Part shown: one piece after another, positions 9,465 through 18,860 of the stretch | Layout: each line of letters begins with the position of its first letter | Position numbering within the stretch: position 1 is the first letter of the stretch | Source: Holosporaceae bacterium | Lineage (GTDB): Bacteria > Pseudomonadota > Alphaproteobacteria > Holosporales > Holosporaceae | Assembly (NCBI GenBank): GCA_964202705.1 | Contig: CAXNJQ010000001.1 | Location: 1-40,687 of the forward strand | DNA: 40,687 bases | Direction of reading: 5' to 3' | Translations under genes and position numbers: made by a program | Notes under the pieces: generated by a model | Database searches by the model: none | Seen by the model: only the letters and a program-made list of their open reading frames with translations | Told to the model about the DNA's origin: nothing

Positions 9465-9755
9465 TTACATGCCGCATGGATCACATGGATTGCAAGTGTT
9501 CATGACAACGGGTTCTGGGCAGACTGTTGCACATGGGTTGCATGCCGTTGGAACGAGGCTGACCGTTGCTATTTTTTTACCACAGTAATCTTTGCTGATG
9601 CAAACGCTGGTGGCCAATTGCTTTGTGTTCAAGCTGTTTGTGGCAATGGTGACGACCTGTGATGAGCATGGGGATACTGCAAAGGTGTCGCAGCTGGCAG
9701 CATTAACGCTGAAAACGCAAGACAACAGGGCCAATGTGGCGATTAATTTTTTCAT
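9465..9755 (-). CDS. small cysteine-rich secreted protein (96 aa)
   Basis: Internal start ATG at 9755 is preceded by AAAAGGAGAA (reverse complement of 9761-9770) at correct SD spacing. Leader MKKLIATLALLSCVFSVNA. The mature ~77 aa contains 12 Cys, including two CNPC motifs. Confidence 0.6.
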   Translation of the reverse strand: MKKLIATLALLSCVFSVNAASCDTFAVSPCSSQVVTIATNSLNTKQLATSVCISKDYCGKKIATVSLVPTACNPCATVCPEPVVMNTCNPCDPCGM

Positions 9756-9989
9756 AAGAATTCTCCTTTTTGTATTTTTAAAAATAGCTGTTAAAAGCTC
9801 TGGTTTTATTTTATTATGAAATATTTGAAAAAATTCTGAACAATACATATCAGATTGAGATTTTTTTGAATTTTGTTTATCCTGAATTTGGCGATGATAT
9901 CTTAAAAATGTCAAAAACTAGAGAATATTAAAAAGGAATAAAAATGCTGTATCCATTGACCGCTGTATGCTTTTTGTAAACAATAAGAA

Positions 9990-11729
9990 ATGATATTAAT
10001 GGGGATGGGAGTGGTTCTTTACACATTCAAAAGATGCTCCACCATTGGTGTGATGGCGTTATGTTTGTTTGGGTGTTCTAAAAATCGGTACCACGATCCG
10101 TTGATCGGGCAGACCAAGGCATCCTATCGCGCGTTAACAGCACCTGTTTCTCCGGCCTTTGCATCCAAAACACCGCCCGTATACCAGCCACCGTATTCGG
10201 CTTTGCCGCCCGCATTTTATCAAAAAGTGTCTTTGTCTTTATCCGGTCAAATTCCTTTGAAACAAGCCTTTTTTGAATTGGCCCGTCAAGCAGGATTGAA
10301 CATTATTTTGGAATCCAGTTTTCCGAAAAAAAGCAACTTTTTCTTTACAGCCCATCAACAGCCGCTGATCGATGTTTTGGAAAATCTGTGCTTGATTGGG
10401 AAATTGCGTTATACCATCAACAATAATGCCCTGTACATCGGGGCAGATCGACCCCATTTGAAAAATCACAATGTTCAATTTTTGCTGGGGTGTCGAAAAA
10501 CCCAAACCCAAACATCGGTAAAAACGGATATTTATTCCAATGGCATGACGGGATCAAAAAACCTGCTGGATAATGGGGCGAACATTACCCTAAATACCAG
10601 CCATACTGTGGATTTTTGGGAGGAATTAGAGCGCACCATCGCCATGGTATTGAGTACGGATTAAGTCAAGAACAAGCCACGCTATTCCGTCAATCGCTAT
10701 GCGGGAATTTTGTCTGTGTATGGGACTCAAGCCCAGCATCGTCAAATTGAAGGATATTTAAAACAATTGCGACAAGCCACCATGACACAAATTTTGGTCG
10801 AGGCAAAAATCATTGAAATTGATTTGTCCGAAGAGTATCAAAATGGGATCGATTGGACTGTCTTTATCAATAAAGTCAAGAATGGTGTGGGCATCAATCC
10901 CCTCATCGGTGCAGGGCTGTCCCCATTGGCCACAATGAAATTCAATGCAGAGGGGCGCTCTGTGGTTTTGGCAACCGATCAATTAGAGGCCATTATGAAT
11001 TTGATGGAGGAATTTGGCACCATCCGTACCTTGGCCAATCCTCGACAAACCGTGATTAACAATCAATCTGCCGTATTAAAAGTGGCACACAACGAAGTAT
11101 TTTTTGATCCTGAAATCCAGGACGACAGTTTTGCCAACAGTACGGGTCCATTGGCGTCAACCCGCCAACGGGTACGCAGCAATATACAAACCGTTCCCAT
11201 TGGATTAATTTTGTATGTTCACCCATCTGTGAATTGGGAAACGGGCGATATTATGGTGTCCTTGCACCCCACCATTTCACGGGTACAGAAAACGGTGGCC
11301 TGTCCAACATTATTTGGCGCGTATACGCCTGTTCCGGGCAGAGATCATGGAAAAAACATGGCTGAATATTACGCACAATTGAATGCGTCTTGCCAAGTGC
11401 CCATTGTGCAAATTAGGGAAATGGATTCGGTCATTGTGGCCAAAGAAGGTCAAGTCATTGTAACGGGTGGATTAATGGAGGAACGCGTCAGCATTAATGA
11501 TCGGGGTACACCGGGGTTGTCTGCTTTGCCTGGCGTAGGAGGCTTGTTTACCCACAAAGGTAAAAAACGCCATGTGACAGAGCTGATTATTTTGTTAAAA
11601 CTGACCATCGTACGGGATGGAAATACCGTCACACCGGCCGATCAGCGCCTGTACACCTGTTTTACGGCTGATCCACGGCGTGTCAATTTACAATCAAAAA
11701 GTGGGGGGCAGGGGGTTGCGCGCGCATAA
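9990..11729 (+). pseudogene. MshL/PilN-like lipoprotein secretin interrupted by one in-frame TAA (10662-10664)
   Basis: Track ORFs 9990-10664 and 10710-11729 are in the same frame and read through as ...VLSTD*VKNKPRYSVNRYAGILSVYGTQAQH.... Lipobox LCLFGCS. Secretin core motifs present: QILVEAKIIEIDLSEEYQNGIDW, TIRTLANPRQTVINNQSAVLKV and PGLSALPGVGGLF...ELIILLKLTIV. Confidence 0.75.
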
Positions 11730-12503
11730 TTCCAGACCGATTGGGGCATGATCGCTGGGTTGATGTTGCCCGCGCCAATGTGGGGAAACCCAAGAGCTGG
11801 ATAAAAGATCACTTGCCCCAGGGGACAACAGAAACGAATCAATGCACAGCCCATGTTGTTTTGGCCATGCACCATGTTGATAGGCCCACCACGTCGCTGG
11901 GTTTTTCTGCCCTTTCATGTGCCGTTGGGCCATGGTCCATCCCGTCCACAAGATTTTACGCAATTCTTTTCGTTCCGGGGTCGAGCACATGACCCGATTA
12001 CGCCATAAATCGGCATCCCACACATCCTCATCATGAAGGGCAATGTTGAAATCGCCACCGATAATGGTGGGGGTAAAATCCTGAACATAAGGTGCCATAT
12101 GGTGGGATAGTCCATTTAAAAACGCCAACTTTTCCCCAAAAGCAGGTCGATCAAAATCTTGGCCTTGGGGGATGTACACGCAACAGATGCGAAAACCTTG
12201 GGTTATGGCTTGGATACAGCGTGCGGCGCCTGTGCCATTTAAATCCAAACGCACCACATCGGATAGAGGCCATCGGGATAAAATGGCCACACCATTATAG
12301 GTTTTTTGCCCCCAAAATGCACAGTAATAGCCCGCATTACTGAAGGCTTGTTCCGGAAAATCCCCATCCATCACTTTGGTTTCTTGCAGCAAAGCCATGT
12401 CGATGCGCTCTGTTTTTAACCAAGATTCCACCAACGGCAGACGTACGCGTAAAGAGTTAACGTTCCAGCATCCAATGCGTACAACAGGGGACAGGATGGT
12501 CAT
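11694..12503 (-). CDS. xthA: exodeoxyribonuclease III (AP endonuclease)
   Basis: IGCWNVNSLRVRL, LLQETKV, GGDFNIA and SDHAPI are ExoIII/EEP motifs. The 3' end overlaps the secretin 3' end by 36 nt (convergent). Confidence 0.9.
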   Translation of the reverse strand: MTILSPVVRIGCWNVNSLRVRLPLVESWLKTERIDMALLQETKVMDGDFPEQAFSNAGYYCAFWGQKTYNGVAILSRWPLSDVVRLDLNGTGAARCIQAITQGFRICCVYIPQGQDFDRPAFGEKLAFLNGLSHHMAPYVQDFTPTIIGGDFNIALHDEDVWDADLWRNRVMCSTPERKELRKILWTGWTMAQRHMKGQKNPATWWAYQHGAWPKQHGLCIDSFLLSPGASDLLSSSWVSPHWRGQHQPSDHAPIGLELCARNPLPPTF

Positions 12504-12573
12504 TCTTAATGGATGTGTGTGAATCGGTCTGTTTTTACGATATCATAATTAATGAGCCATAGAGGATGCGTGT

Positions 12574-14595
12574 ATGTTACGAACCTATCAAAAGGATTTG
12601 ATTAAACTGTTGCGCATTGTGATTTATGACGGTTCTGCCCTGATTTTATTGGGTTGGAGTCTGTTTTTGTTGGTGGCTTTGATTTCCTATGACCCCATGG
12701 ATCCATGTGCAGATGTGATCGGTCCGCAAGAGGTGCAAAACAGCATGGGCGCTGTGGGGGCGTGGATTGCCTCGTTTTTATTTCAATTTTTTGGCCTAGG
12801 TGCTTGGGGGCTGCCTCTGGTTTTTATGGTCTGTTTTTACCAATTATCCAAAGGAAAAGCCATTGGAAAAACATTGGGTTATGGTGTGGTGTGCTGTGTG
12901 ATGATGGCGGTGATGATTCCGACCCAGATCAGTTCTTATGCCTGCGCTGTGGGGGTGATTTCCCAGGCGTGGATACCGTCTTATTTGTGGACGGCCGCAA
13001 TCATGGTGTCGGGATTGATTTGGGGATTGATGCGCTGGAAACCGTTACGTTATGTGGAAAAAATTGTTCAGGCCGCAGAGGAAGAAGCCCCACCCGTCAT
13101 CAAGGCCCCGACCCCAAGGGTTCAAAGACCGTTAAAGGTCAGTTCGGCGCTGCCCCCGCTGGATTTATTAAAAGATCCTGTGGCATCCAAGGCCGATCGG
13201 CGTGGTGAAGTTTATATTGATCGATTGCAAGAAGTTCTAGAAGATTTTGGGGTAAAGGGAACCGTACTGCGGGCCCATCCTGGGCCCATTGTCACGTTGT
13301 ATGAATTAGAGCCTTCTGCGGGGGTAAAATCATCGCGTATCATCAGTTTGGCCGATGACATTGCCCGATCCATGAGTGCGCTGTCTGCTCGTGTAGCCGT
13401 TATTTCTGGTAAAAATTTGATTGGCATTGAGCTGTCTAATGTCCATCGGGAAATGGTGTATTTAAAAGATTTACTGGGGTCGTCAGCATACAGTGATTTT
13501 CAGGCGCCATTGGCTTTAACCTTGGGAAAGGACATCAGTGGCAATCCCGTTATTTCGGATTTGGCGAAAATGCCCCACGTTTTGGTGGCGGGAACCACGG
13601 GTTCTGGAAAATCGGTGGGCATTAACAGCATGATTTTATCCCTGTTGTATCGACTCAGTCCAGAGCAATGCAAAATGGTGATGATTGACCCAAAAATGCT
13701 GGAATTATCGGTTTATGATGGCATTCCCCACCTGCTGACCCCTGTGATTACAGAGCCAAAAAAAGCCATTATGGCGCTGAAATGGGTGGTGCAAGAAATG
13801 GAAAATCGGTATCGTTTGATGTCACAAGTCGGGGTGCGCAACATTACGGGGTATAATCAGAGGTTAAAAACAGCGCAAAAGGAAAAAGAGCCCATCGTGC
13901 GGAAATTGCAGGTTGGATTTGATGAGGAATCCAGACCGGTCCTAGAAAACCAACAATTGGATGTGGCGGATATGCCTTTTATTGTGGTGATCGTGGATGA
14001 AATGGCGGATTTGATGCTGGTGGCGGGTAAGGATCTAGAGTTTTTAGTCCAGCGTTTGGCCCAGATGGCGCGTGCCGCAGGCATTCATATTATTATGGCC
14101 ACCCAACGGCCATCGGTGGATGTGATTACAGGAACCATCAAGGCCAACTTTCCCACACGCATCAGCTTTCAGGTGACATCAAAAATTGACAGTCGCACCA
14201 TTTTGGGGGAACAAGGGGCAGAACAATTGCTGGGGCAGGGGGATATGTTGTCCATGGCGGCGGGGGGTCGTATTATGCGGGTGCATGGGCCCTTTGTCAG
14301 TGACGGTGAAATCGAAGGCGTGGTGAATTTTTTAAAACAATTGGGCCAACCCCAGTATGTAGACATGACGGTGAGAGAAGACTTTTCCGATGCATCCTCT
14401 GGGGAAGAGGGCGGCGATGATTTGTATCGTCAGGCTGTGGAAATTGTGCGCCGAGATCGTAAAACATCCATCAGTTATTTACAGCGCCAACTGCAAATAG
14501 GGTATAACCGTGCGGCTCGATTTATTGAACAGATGGAAAAAGATGGCATTGTGTCAGAGGCCAATCATTTGGGGAAAAGAGAGATCTTGGGGTGA
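12574..14595 (+). CDS. ftsK: DNA translocase FtsK
   Basis: N-terminal TM segments, HVLVAGTTGSGKSVGIN Walker A, IVVIVDEMADLM Walker B, ATQRPSVDVITG, and a C-terminal winged-helix gamma domain (SISYLQRQLQIGYNRAARFIEQME). Confidence 0.95.
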   Translation: MLRTYQKDLIKLLRIVIYDGSALILLGWSLFLLVALISYDPMDPCADVIGPQEVQNSMGAVGAWIASFLFQFFGLGAWGLPLVFMVCFYQLSKGKAIGKTLGYGVVCCVMMAVMIPTQISSYACAVGVISQAWIPSYLWTAAIMVSGLIWGLMRWKPLRYVEKIVQAAEEEAPPVIKAPTPRVQRPLKVSSALPPLDLLKDPVASKADRRGEVYIDRLQEVLEDFGVKGTVLRAHPGPIVTLYELEPSAGVKSSRIISLADDIARSMSALSARVAVISGKNLIGIELSNVHREMVYLKDLLGSSAYSDFQAPLALTLGKDISGNPVISDLAKMPHVLVAGTTGSGKSVGINSMILSLLYRLSPEQCKMVMIDPKMLELSVYDGIPHLLTPVITEPKKAIMALKWVVQEMENRYRLMSQVGVRNITGYNQRLKTAQKEKEPIVRKLQVGFDEESRPVLENQQLDVADMPFIVVIVDEMADLMLVAGKDLEFLVQRLAQMARAAGIHIIMATQRPSVDVITGTIKANFPTRISFQVTSKIDSRTILGEQGAEQLLGQGDMLSMAAGGRIMRVHGPFVSDGEIEGVVNFLKQLGQPQYVDMTVREDFSDASSGEEGGDDLYRQAVEIVRRDRKTSISYLQRQLQIGYNRAARFIEQMEKDGIVSEANHLGKREILG

Positions 14596-14684
14596 TATCC
14601 TGAAAAAATCTCATTTTTGAATGGGTTTGTCCCCTTTTTTCCCATAGTATTTTCATAAAAATGTGATTATAATTATGGGTATGT

Positions 14685-14762
14685 GGCGGGCGTAGCTCAG
14701 TTGGTTAGAGCGCTAGGTTGTGGTTCTAGAGGTCGCCGGTTCGATCCCGGTCGCCCGCCCCA
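14685..14762 (+). tRNA. tRNA-His (anticodon GTG) with encoded G-1 and CCA
   Basis: Hand-folded cloverleaf: G-1, acceptor GCGGGCG/CGCCCGC, D arm GCTC-AGTTGGTTA-GAGC, anticodon arm CTAGG-TTGTGGT-TCTAG, T arm GCCGG-TTCGATC-CCGGT, discriminator C, CCA encoded. Followed by TTTTTT. Confidence 0.9.
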
Positions 14763-14839
14763 TTTTTTACATAATCCATATCTGGTATTCCAATTTTGTT
14801 CAGAGTACACTTTTGTCAAAATCATAGGCATGATTGGGT

Positions 14840-15646
14840 ATGATTAATAACGCGAAATCAGTGAGAGCGGTGTGCCTGGGGCATGTCGGTATCATCGGAT
14901 TATCTGGACGCATGGGACAACGAATCCTGTCTGCCTTGGAAAAACAAGGTGGATTTCAATCTGTTTTGGGGTATGGTCGTTCATTCGATGAACCAGGGGA
15001 AAAGGGAGGATTTTGTTCCAGTTTGGATGAATTGTTCGAAAAATCCAGTGTTGTCATTGATTTTTCCACGGCCAGTCTGTTTCCCGATATTCTGGATGCG
15101 GCATTGAAAAATCCCAAACCCATGGTGATTGGGACAACAGGCATTGATCCAGACATTCTGGGTGGTATACAGGCATTAGGACACAGCGTCCCCATTGTGG
15201 TGGCACCAAACACCAGCTTGGGGGCTGTGATTCAGCGATGGATGGCTGGAAAGTTGGCAAGGGCTTTACCCGATTCCTATGACATTGATATTGTGGAACA
15301 CCACCATCGACACAAGCAGGATGTGCCATCGGGTACGGCCAATGCTTTGGCCGATGCCATGATTCATGCAAAAAAGGATCAGGGCCAGGATTTCAGCGCT
15401 GGAAACACCACGTCACCACGGCAAGATGGTCGTATTGAAACGCATGGGTTACGCTGTGGTCACGTTTTTGGAATGCACGAGGTCATTTGGACGGGAAGGG
15501 ATGATCGTTTGGTTTTGGGACATACGGTTTTTTCACCCCATATTTTTGCCGACGGGGCCCTTGCTTTGGCACGCTGGGTGATGAACGGTCAAAAACCTGG
15601 AATCTATGGGGCAGAGGACGCCTTGGGTCTAACCACCTTGGTTTGA
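14840..15646 (+). CDS. dapB: 4-hydroxy-tetrahydrodipicolinate reductase
   Basis: GLSGRMGQ, VVIDFS, VIGTTG, APNTSLG and EHHHRHKQDVPSGTA are DapB signatures. The track ORF begins at TTG 14834; ATG 14840 is preferred. Confidence 0.9.
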   Translation: MINNAKSVRAVCLGHVGIIGLSGRMGQRILSALEKQGGFQSVLGYGRSFDEPGEKGGFCSSLDELFEKSSVVIDFSTASLFPDILDAALKNPKPMVIGTTGIDPDILGGIQALGHSVPIVVAPNTSLGAVIQRWMAGKLARALPDSYDIDIVEHHHRHKQDVPSGTANALADAMIHAKKDQGQDFSAGNTTSPRQDGRIETHGLRCGHVFGMHEVIWTGRDDRLVLGHTVFSPHIFADGALALARWVMNGQKPGIYGAEDALGLTTLV

Positions 15647-15713
15647 TCTCCTAAATTTTGGGTAAATTCCTCTGAATTGTAGTGTTTTTTCTCCAATTCT
15701 ATGGCGCCAGCGA

Positions 15714-16352
15714 TTAACCAGGCTGTGACAAGGAAAAACGTGCGAACATGGAATGGGCAGAAGGTTGGTTGTGCACGCGGCATCGTTCGCTCTGTATAAT
15801 AGACCAGGCTTGGGCTGTGGCCCGATGCAATTCATCATTGGTAATGACATAATCGTAATGAACACAGGTTTGAATTTCGTTGTATGCACACGACAGGCGT
15901 TCTTTGATGCGTTGGGGGCTGTCTTTTCCTCTGTTAATCAATCGTTTTTCCAGGTCGGATAATTGTGGGGGCAACACATAAATCAAAACGGCTTGTTTTC
16001 CATAAAAATCCCGCATGGTTTTTGCCCCTGCCCAATCAAGGGCCAAAAGGCTGTCTTTGCTGGCGGAACTGTTGCGCTCTAGTGGGGTTTTTAACGTGCC
16101 ATAATGGTGATTGAAAATTTTGGTATATTCCAAAAATTCTTGATGATCAACGGATTGTAAAAAGGTTTTTTCGTCTAAAAAATAGTAATCTTGCCCATGA
16201 ATTTCACCATCCCTGGGCCTGCGCGTGGTGGCGGAAATGGATGGCTGTAACTGGGTATCTTTTTCCAGCAATGCACGAGAGATAGACGTTTTTCCCGTTC
16301 CAGAAGGGGCAGAAAAAACAAAAAACAAACCGGCTCTCTGTGCGCTTTGCAT
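15714..16352 (-). CDS. gmk: guanylate kinase
   Basis: SAPSGTGKTS P-loop and SISATTRRPRDGEIHGQDYYF. Confidence 0.9.
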   Translation of the reverse strand: MQSAQRAGLFFVFSAPSGTGKTSISRALLEKDTQLQPSISATTRRPRDGEIHGQDYYFLDEKTFLQSVDHQEFLEYTKIFNHHYGTLKTPLERNSSASKDSLLALDWAGAKTMRDFYGKQAVLIYVLPPQLSDLEKRLINRGKDSPQRIKERLSCAYNEIQTCVHYDYVITNDELHRATAQAWSIIQSERCRVHNQPSAHSMFARFSLSQPG

Positions 16353-16498
16353 GGACCAATTTTCTTAAAAGAGAAACAATAATACCACAATAATATTAAA
16401 CAGTCACCCTAAAAACATACCAATCTGTGTGGTGTTGGGCCTTGTGGATCGCCCAGCAAGGCTTTATGATGAATAAACTGTTCGTACGGTAAATCCTT

Positions 16499-17077
16499 TT
16501 GTCTCTTTGTATCTGCATCGATCTCGTTATCACAGATCCAATGTGTCAGGATGCGGACATTCTTGATCAAAAACACATTGCATTTTTGTTGAATGACGTT
16601 TTATTGAAAACGAAAAAATCCTTTGAAAAAATGGTTCATGCCAGCATTGTGGTGATGAACGATGCCGATATTGCCCAATACAACCAACAGTTTCGGCAAA
16701 AAGATCAACCCACCAATGTACTGGCTTTTGGAACGGTGGAACGAAACCAGCGTTGGCCCGTATGGCCCAATCACCCCATTCTTTTGGGGGATATTTTCAT
16801 CAGTTGGCCTCGCGTCATTGCAGAGGCCCATGCCCAGGGCAAAACGTTGCATCATCATGCCATGCATTTGCTGATCCATGGATTTTTGCATTTATTGCAT
16901 TATGACCATGAAACAGCGGATGAGGCCCAGGAAATGGAGGCCATAGAGCGTGGCATTTTTCAACAATTTGGATGGCCAGACCCCTATGCCGATGACCATT
17001 TTGGTGCCGAAGATTTGGAGAGTTTGCCCGTAGACAGCCCTGTTGCATCAGAGAGGGCATCCCATGCAAATCATTAA
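16499..17077 (+). CDS. ybeY: rRNA maturation endoribonuclease YbeY
   Basis: HLLIHGFLHLLHYDHE zinc-binding motif (HGxLHLxGYDH). TTG start in the track, so the exact start is uncertain. Confidence 0.85.
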   Translation: MSLCICIDLVITDPMCQDADILDQKHIAFLLNDVLLKTKKSFEKMVHASIVVMNDADIAQYNQQFRQKDQPTNVLAFGTVERNQRWPVWPNHPILLGDIFISWPRVIAEAHAQGKTLHHHAMHLLIHGFLHLLHYDHETADEAQEMEAIERGIFQQFGWPDPYADDHFGAEDLESLPVDSPVASERASHANH

Positions 17078-17104
17078 TTTTTATATCTAAAACTGTGGAG
17101 TTTT

Positions 17105-17917
17105 ATGTCCTTTTTTCAGTCTGTAAAAAAGCTTTTTAATCACGTTCGGACCAAACCAACAGAGGGTGAGGTTCAGCATAATCAAGCGCTGGATGATTTT
17201 TTAGATCAAACGTTGGATGCCGTTATGATTCAACGCAGCGACATTGTGGCCATTCCAACCCATATGCCCTGCGATGAGGTGGTACGCAAGTTTTTAAAAA
17301 CCGGTTTTTTGTGGTTTCCCGTGTTCCGAGATACCTTGGATACCATTGTGGGTCTGGTCAGTGTGCATTGTATTTTATCCTTAAGAGAATCATCGGATAC
17401 ATCTGAACATCAGTGGTGTCGGCATTTGAATGCACCTACATTTTGTCCCAGCGCCATGACCGTCAGAGAAGCGTTACGTACGTTACAAGATCATCATAAA
17501 ATTCCCATGCTCTTTGTGGTGGATGAATATGGTGGGGTGCAGGGCATCGTCACCAAAGATCACCTGTTAAGGGATTTATTTGATTCCTATATCGATGATT
17601 TTTCAGATGAGGAAGAGATGATTTTGGGAAAAGATCCCGTTTGGGTGATCAATGGGCGCATTAATTTAGAAGATTTTGTCGAAGAATTTAACGCCTCTGC
17701 ATTACTGATTCCCGAAGATGAGGGCCGAATTCACACCTTGGGGGGTTGGATATGTGCCTATGTAGGGCGTGTGCCGTTAACGGGAGAAATCATTACGCAC
17801 CCTGGGGGTTGGACCTTTGAAATTCGTCAAGCCAATCCCCGACAAGTTCATCAAATTGCGTTATTACAGACGCCCGTTGATGATCACCACAATCTAGAGA
17901 AATTGCCAGAAGCGTAG
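17105..17917 (+). CDS. corC: CBS-pair / CorC-HlyC domain protein (TlyC/CorC family)
   Basis: Directly follows ybeY, as is common. Two CBS-like repeats, then a transporter-associated C-terminal domain (INGRINLEDF...HTLGGWICAYVGRVPLTGEII...FEI). The TAG stop overlaps a GAATTC site. Confidence 0.85.
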   Translation: MSFFQSVKKLFNHVRTKPTEGEVQHNQALDDFLDQTLDAVMIQRSDIVAIPTHMPCDEVVRKFLKTGFLWFPVFRDTLDTIVGLVSVHCILSLRESSDTSEHQWCRHLNAPTFCPSAMTVREALRTLQDHHKIPMLFVVDEYGGVQGIVTKDHLLRDLFDSYIDDFSDEEEMILGKDPVWVINGRINLEDFVEEFNASALLIPEDEGRIHTLGGWICAYVGRVPLTGEIITHPGGWTFEIRQANPRQVHQIALLQTPVDDHHNLEKLPEA

Positions 17918-18163
17918 AATTCGGATCCTGCCTGCAGAGTTTATCTCTGGGCGGATAGACACGCAGCACTGAATTGGTCGTGTTCTGGATAGAGGTTTCC
18001 GGCCCATATTATTTACAGATTCATGACCCTATACAGAGCCATTGCTGGATGGGCATTCCAAAAAAGTATCGTTCATTAGAATGAAAACAAACGATCAGCA
18101 TCTATGATAAAAATAATTAATGATGTATCATGGCAACAAAATGCGGGCCTTAACAGCTGATTA

Positions 18164-18343
18164 ATCGTTTTAAACTATATTTAAAACCAACAATCATGAA
18201 CAATGACAGGTATTTATGGTTGTTGAATCTGTTGTAAATAAATACTTTTAAAAAAAGAGGATGAATTTAAAATGAAAAATAATTATATGATTTGCATGAT
18301 GGCTATTCTCAGCCTATATAATATAGGGATTAATGCCGTTGAA
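18164..18343. repeat. direct repeat copy 1 (leader + signal-peptide module of ORF-A)
   Basis: Aligns by eye with 18682-18860. The upstream ~108 nt show about 6 mismatches and 1 indel. The first 72 coding nt are identical. Similarity decays over the next ~45 nt. Confidence 0.85.
18167..18187. repeat. AT-rich inverted repeat GTTTTAAA-N5-TTTAAAAC upstream of ORF-A (possible operator)
   Basis: Perfect 8-bp arms with a 5-nt spacer. An identical-arm copy lies at 18685-18705 upstream of ORF-B. Confidence 0.6.
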
Positions 18344-18691
18344 CCACAGAGCAGTGATGTCAAAAATACTGTTCAAAAAACTAAGGAGGAATGGGCGCGC
18401 GAAAGAAAAGAGTCTATCATTAGAACGTTGAAAGATGCGAAAAGTAAAATATTAAACTATGGGGATAGAGACATCTTTAACATAGATATGATTAACCAAG
18501 AAGGTCTCGGCGGAGGCAACTGGCTGGAACTAGACAACTGGCTGGAGACAACCTACGCTAGCTCAGCAATAAGAGAGTTAGCCAAGCGTCATTTTGACCT
18601 CGTCCGGAAATATCTAAATGGCACAGCCACTATGGATGATTTAATGCCGGCTATTTCTGAGATTTCAAAAATGAACTTTATATCGTTTTAA
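18272..18691 (+). CDS. ORF-A: small secreted protein, no recognisable family (139 aa)
   Basis: AGAGGA lies ~10 nt upstream of the ATG. Leader MKNNYMICMMAILSLYNIGINA. Paralogue of ORF-B, with an identical leader and a related C-terminal motif. Confidence 0.6.
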   Translation: MKNNYMICMMAILSLYNIGINAVEPQSSDVKNTVQKTKEEWARERKESIIRTLKDAKSKILNYGDRDIFNIDMINQEGLGGGNWLELDNWLETTYASSAIRELAKRHFDLVRKYLNGTATMDDLMPAISEISKMNFISF

Positions 18692-18860
18692 ACGATATTT
18701 AAAACCAACAATCATGAACAATGACAGATATTATGGTTGTTGGATCTGTTATAAATAAATACTTTTAAAAAAAGAAGATGAATGTAAAATGAAAAATAAT
18801 TATATGATTTGCATGATGGCTATTCTCAGCCTATATAATATAGGGATTAATGCCGTTGAA
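18682..18860. repeat. direct repeat copy 2 (leader + signal-peptide module of ORF-B)
   Basis: See copy 1. The period is about 517-518 bp. Contains the inverted repeat at 18685-18705, which overlaps the ORF-A stop codon, and a hairpin at 18706-18742. Confidence 0.85.

Noticed and set aside
10662-10664. In-frame TAA in the secretin as evidence for stop-codon reassignment or programmed readthrough.
   Set aside because: TAA terminates several well-conserved genes in this window at their expected ends, for example rpsU and glmM. A nonsense mutation or a sequencing error is the simpler explanation.
12705-13208. Long ORFs embedded in or antisense to recognised genes. Examples are 12705-13208 within ftsK, 24824-25300 and 25921-26328 in pheT, 38393-38908 antisense to rlmB, 36676-37135 antisense to the ABC-F gene, 6743-7114 in mlaE and 885-1417 in holB.
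   Set aside because: They are shadow frames of genes with strong motif support. Their translations are low-complexity or Arg/Pro/Trp-rich with no motifs.
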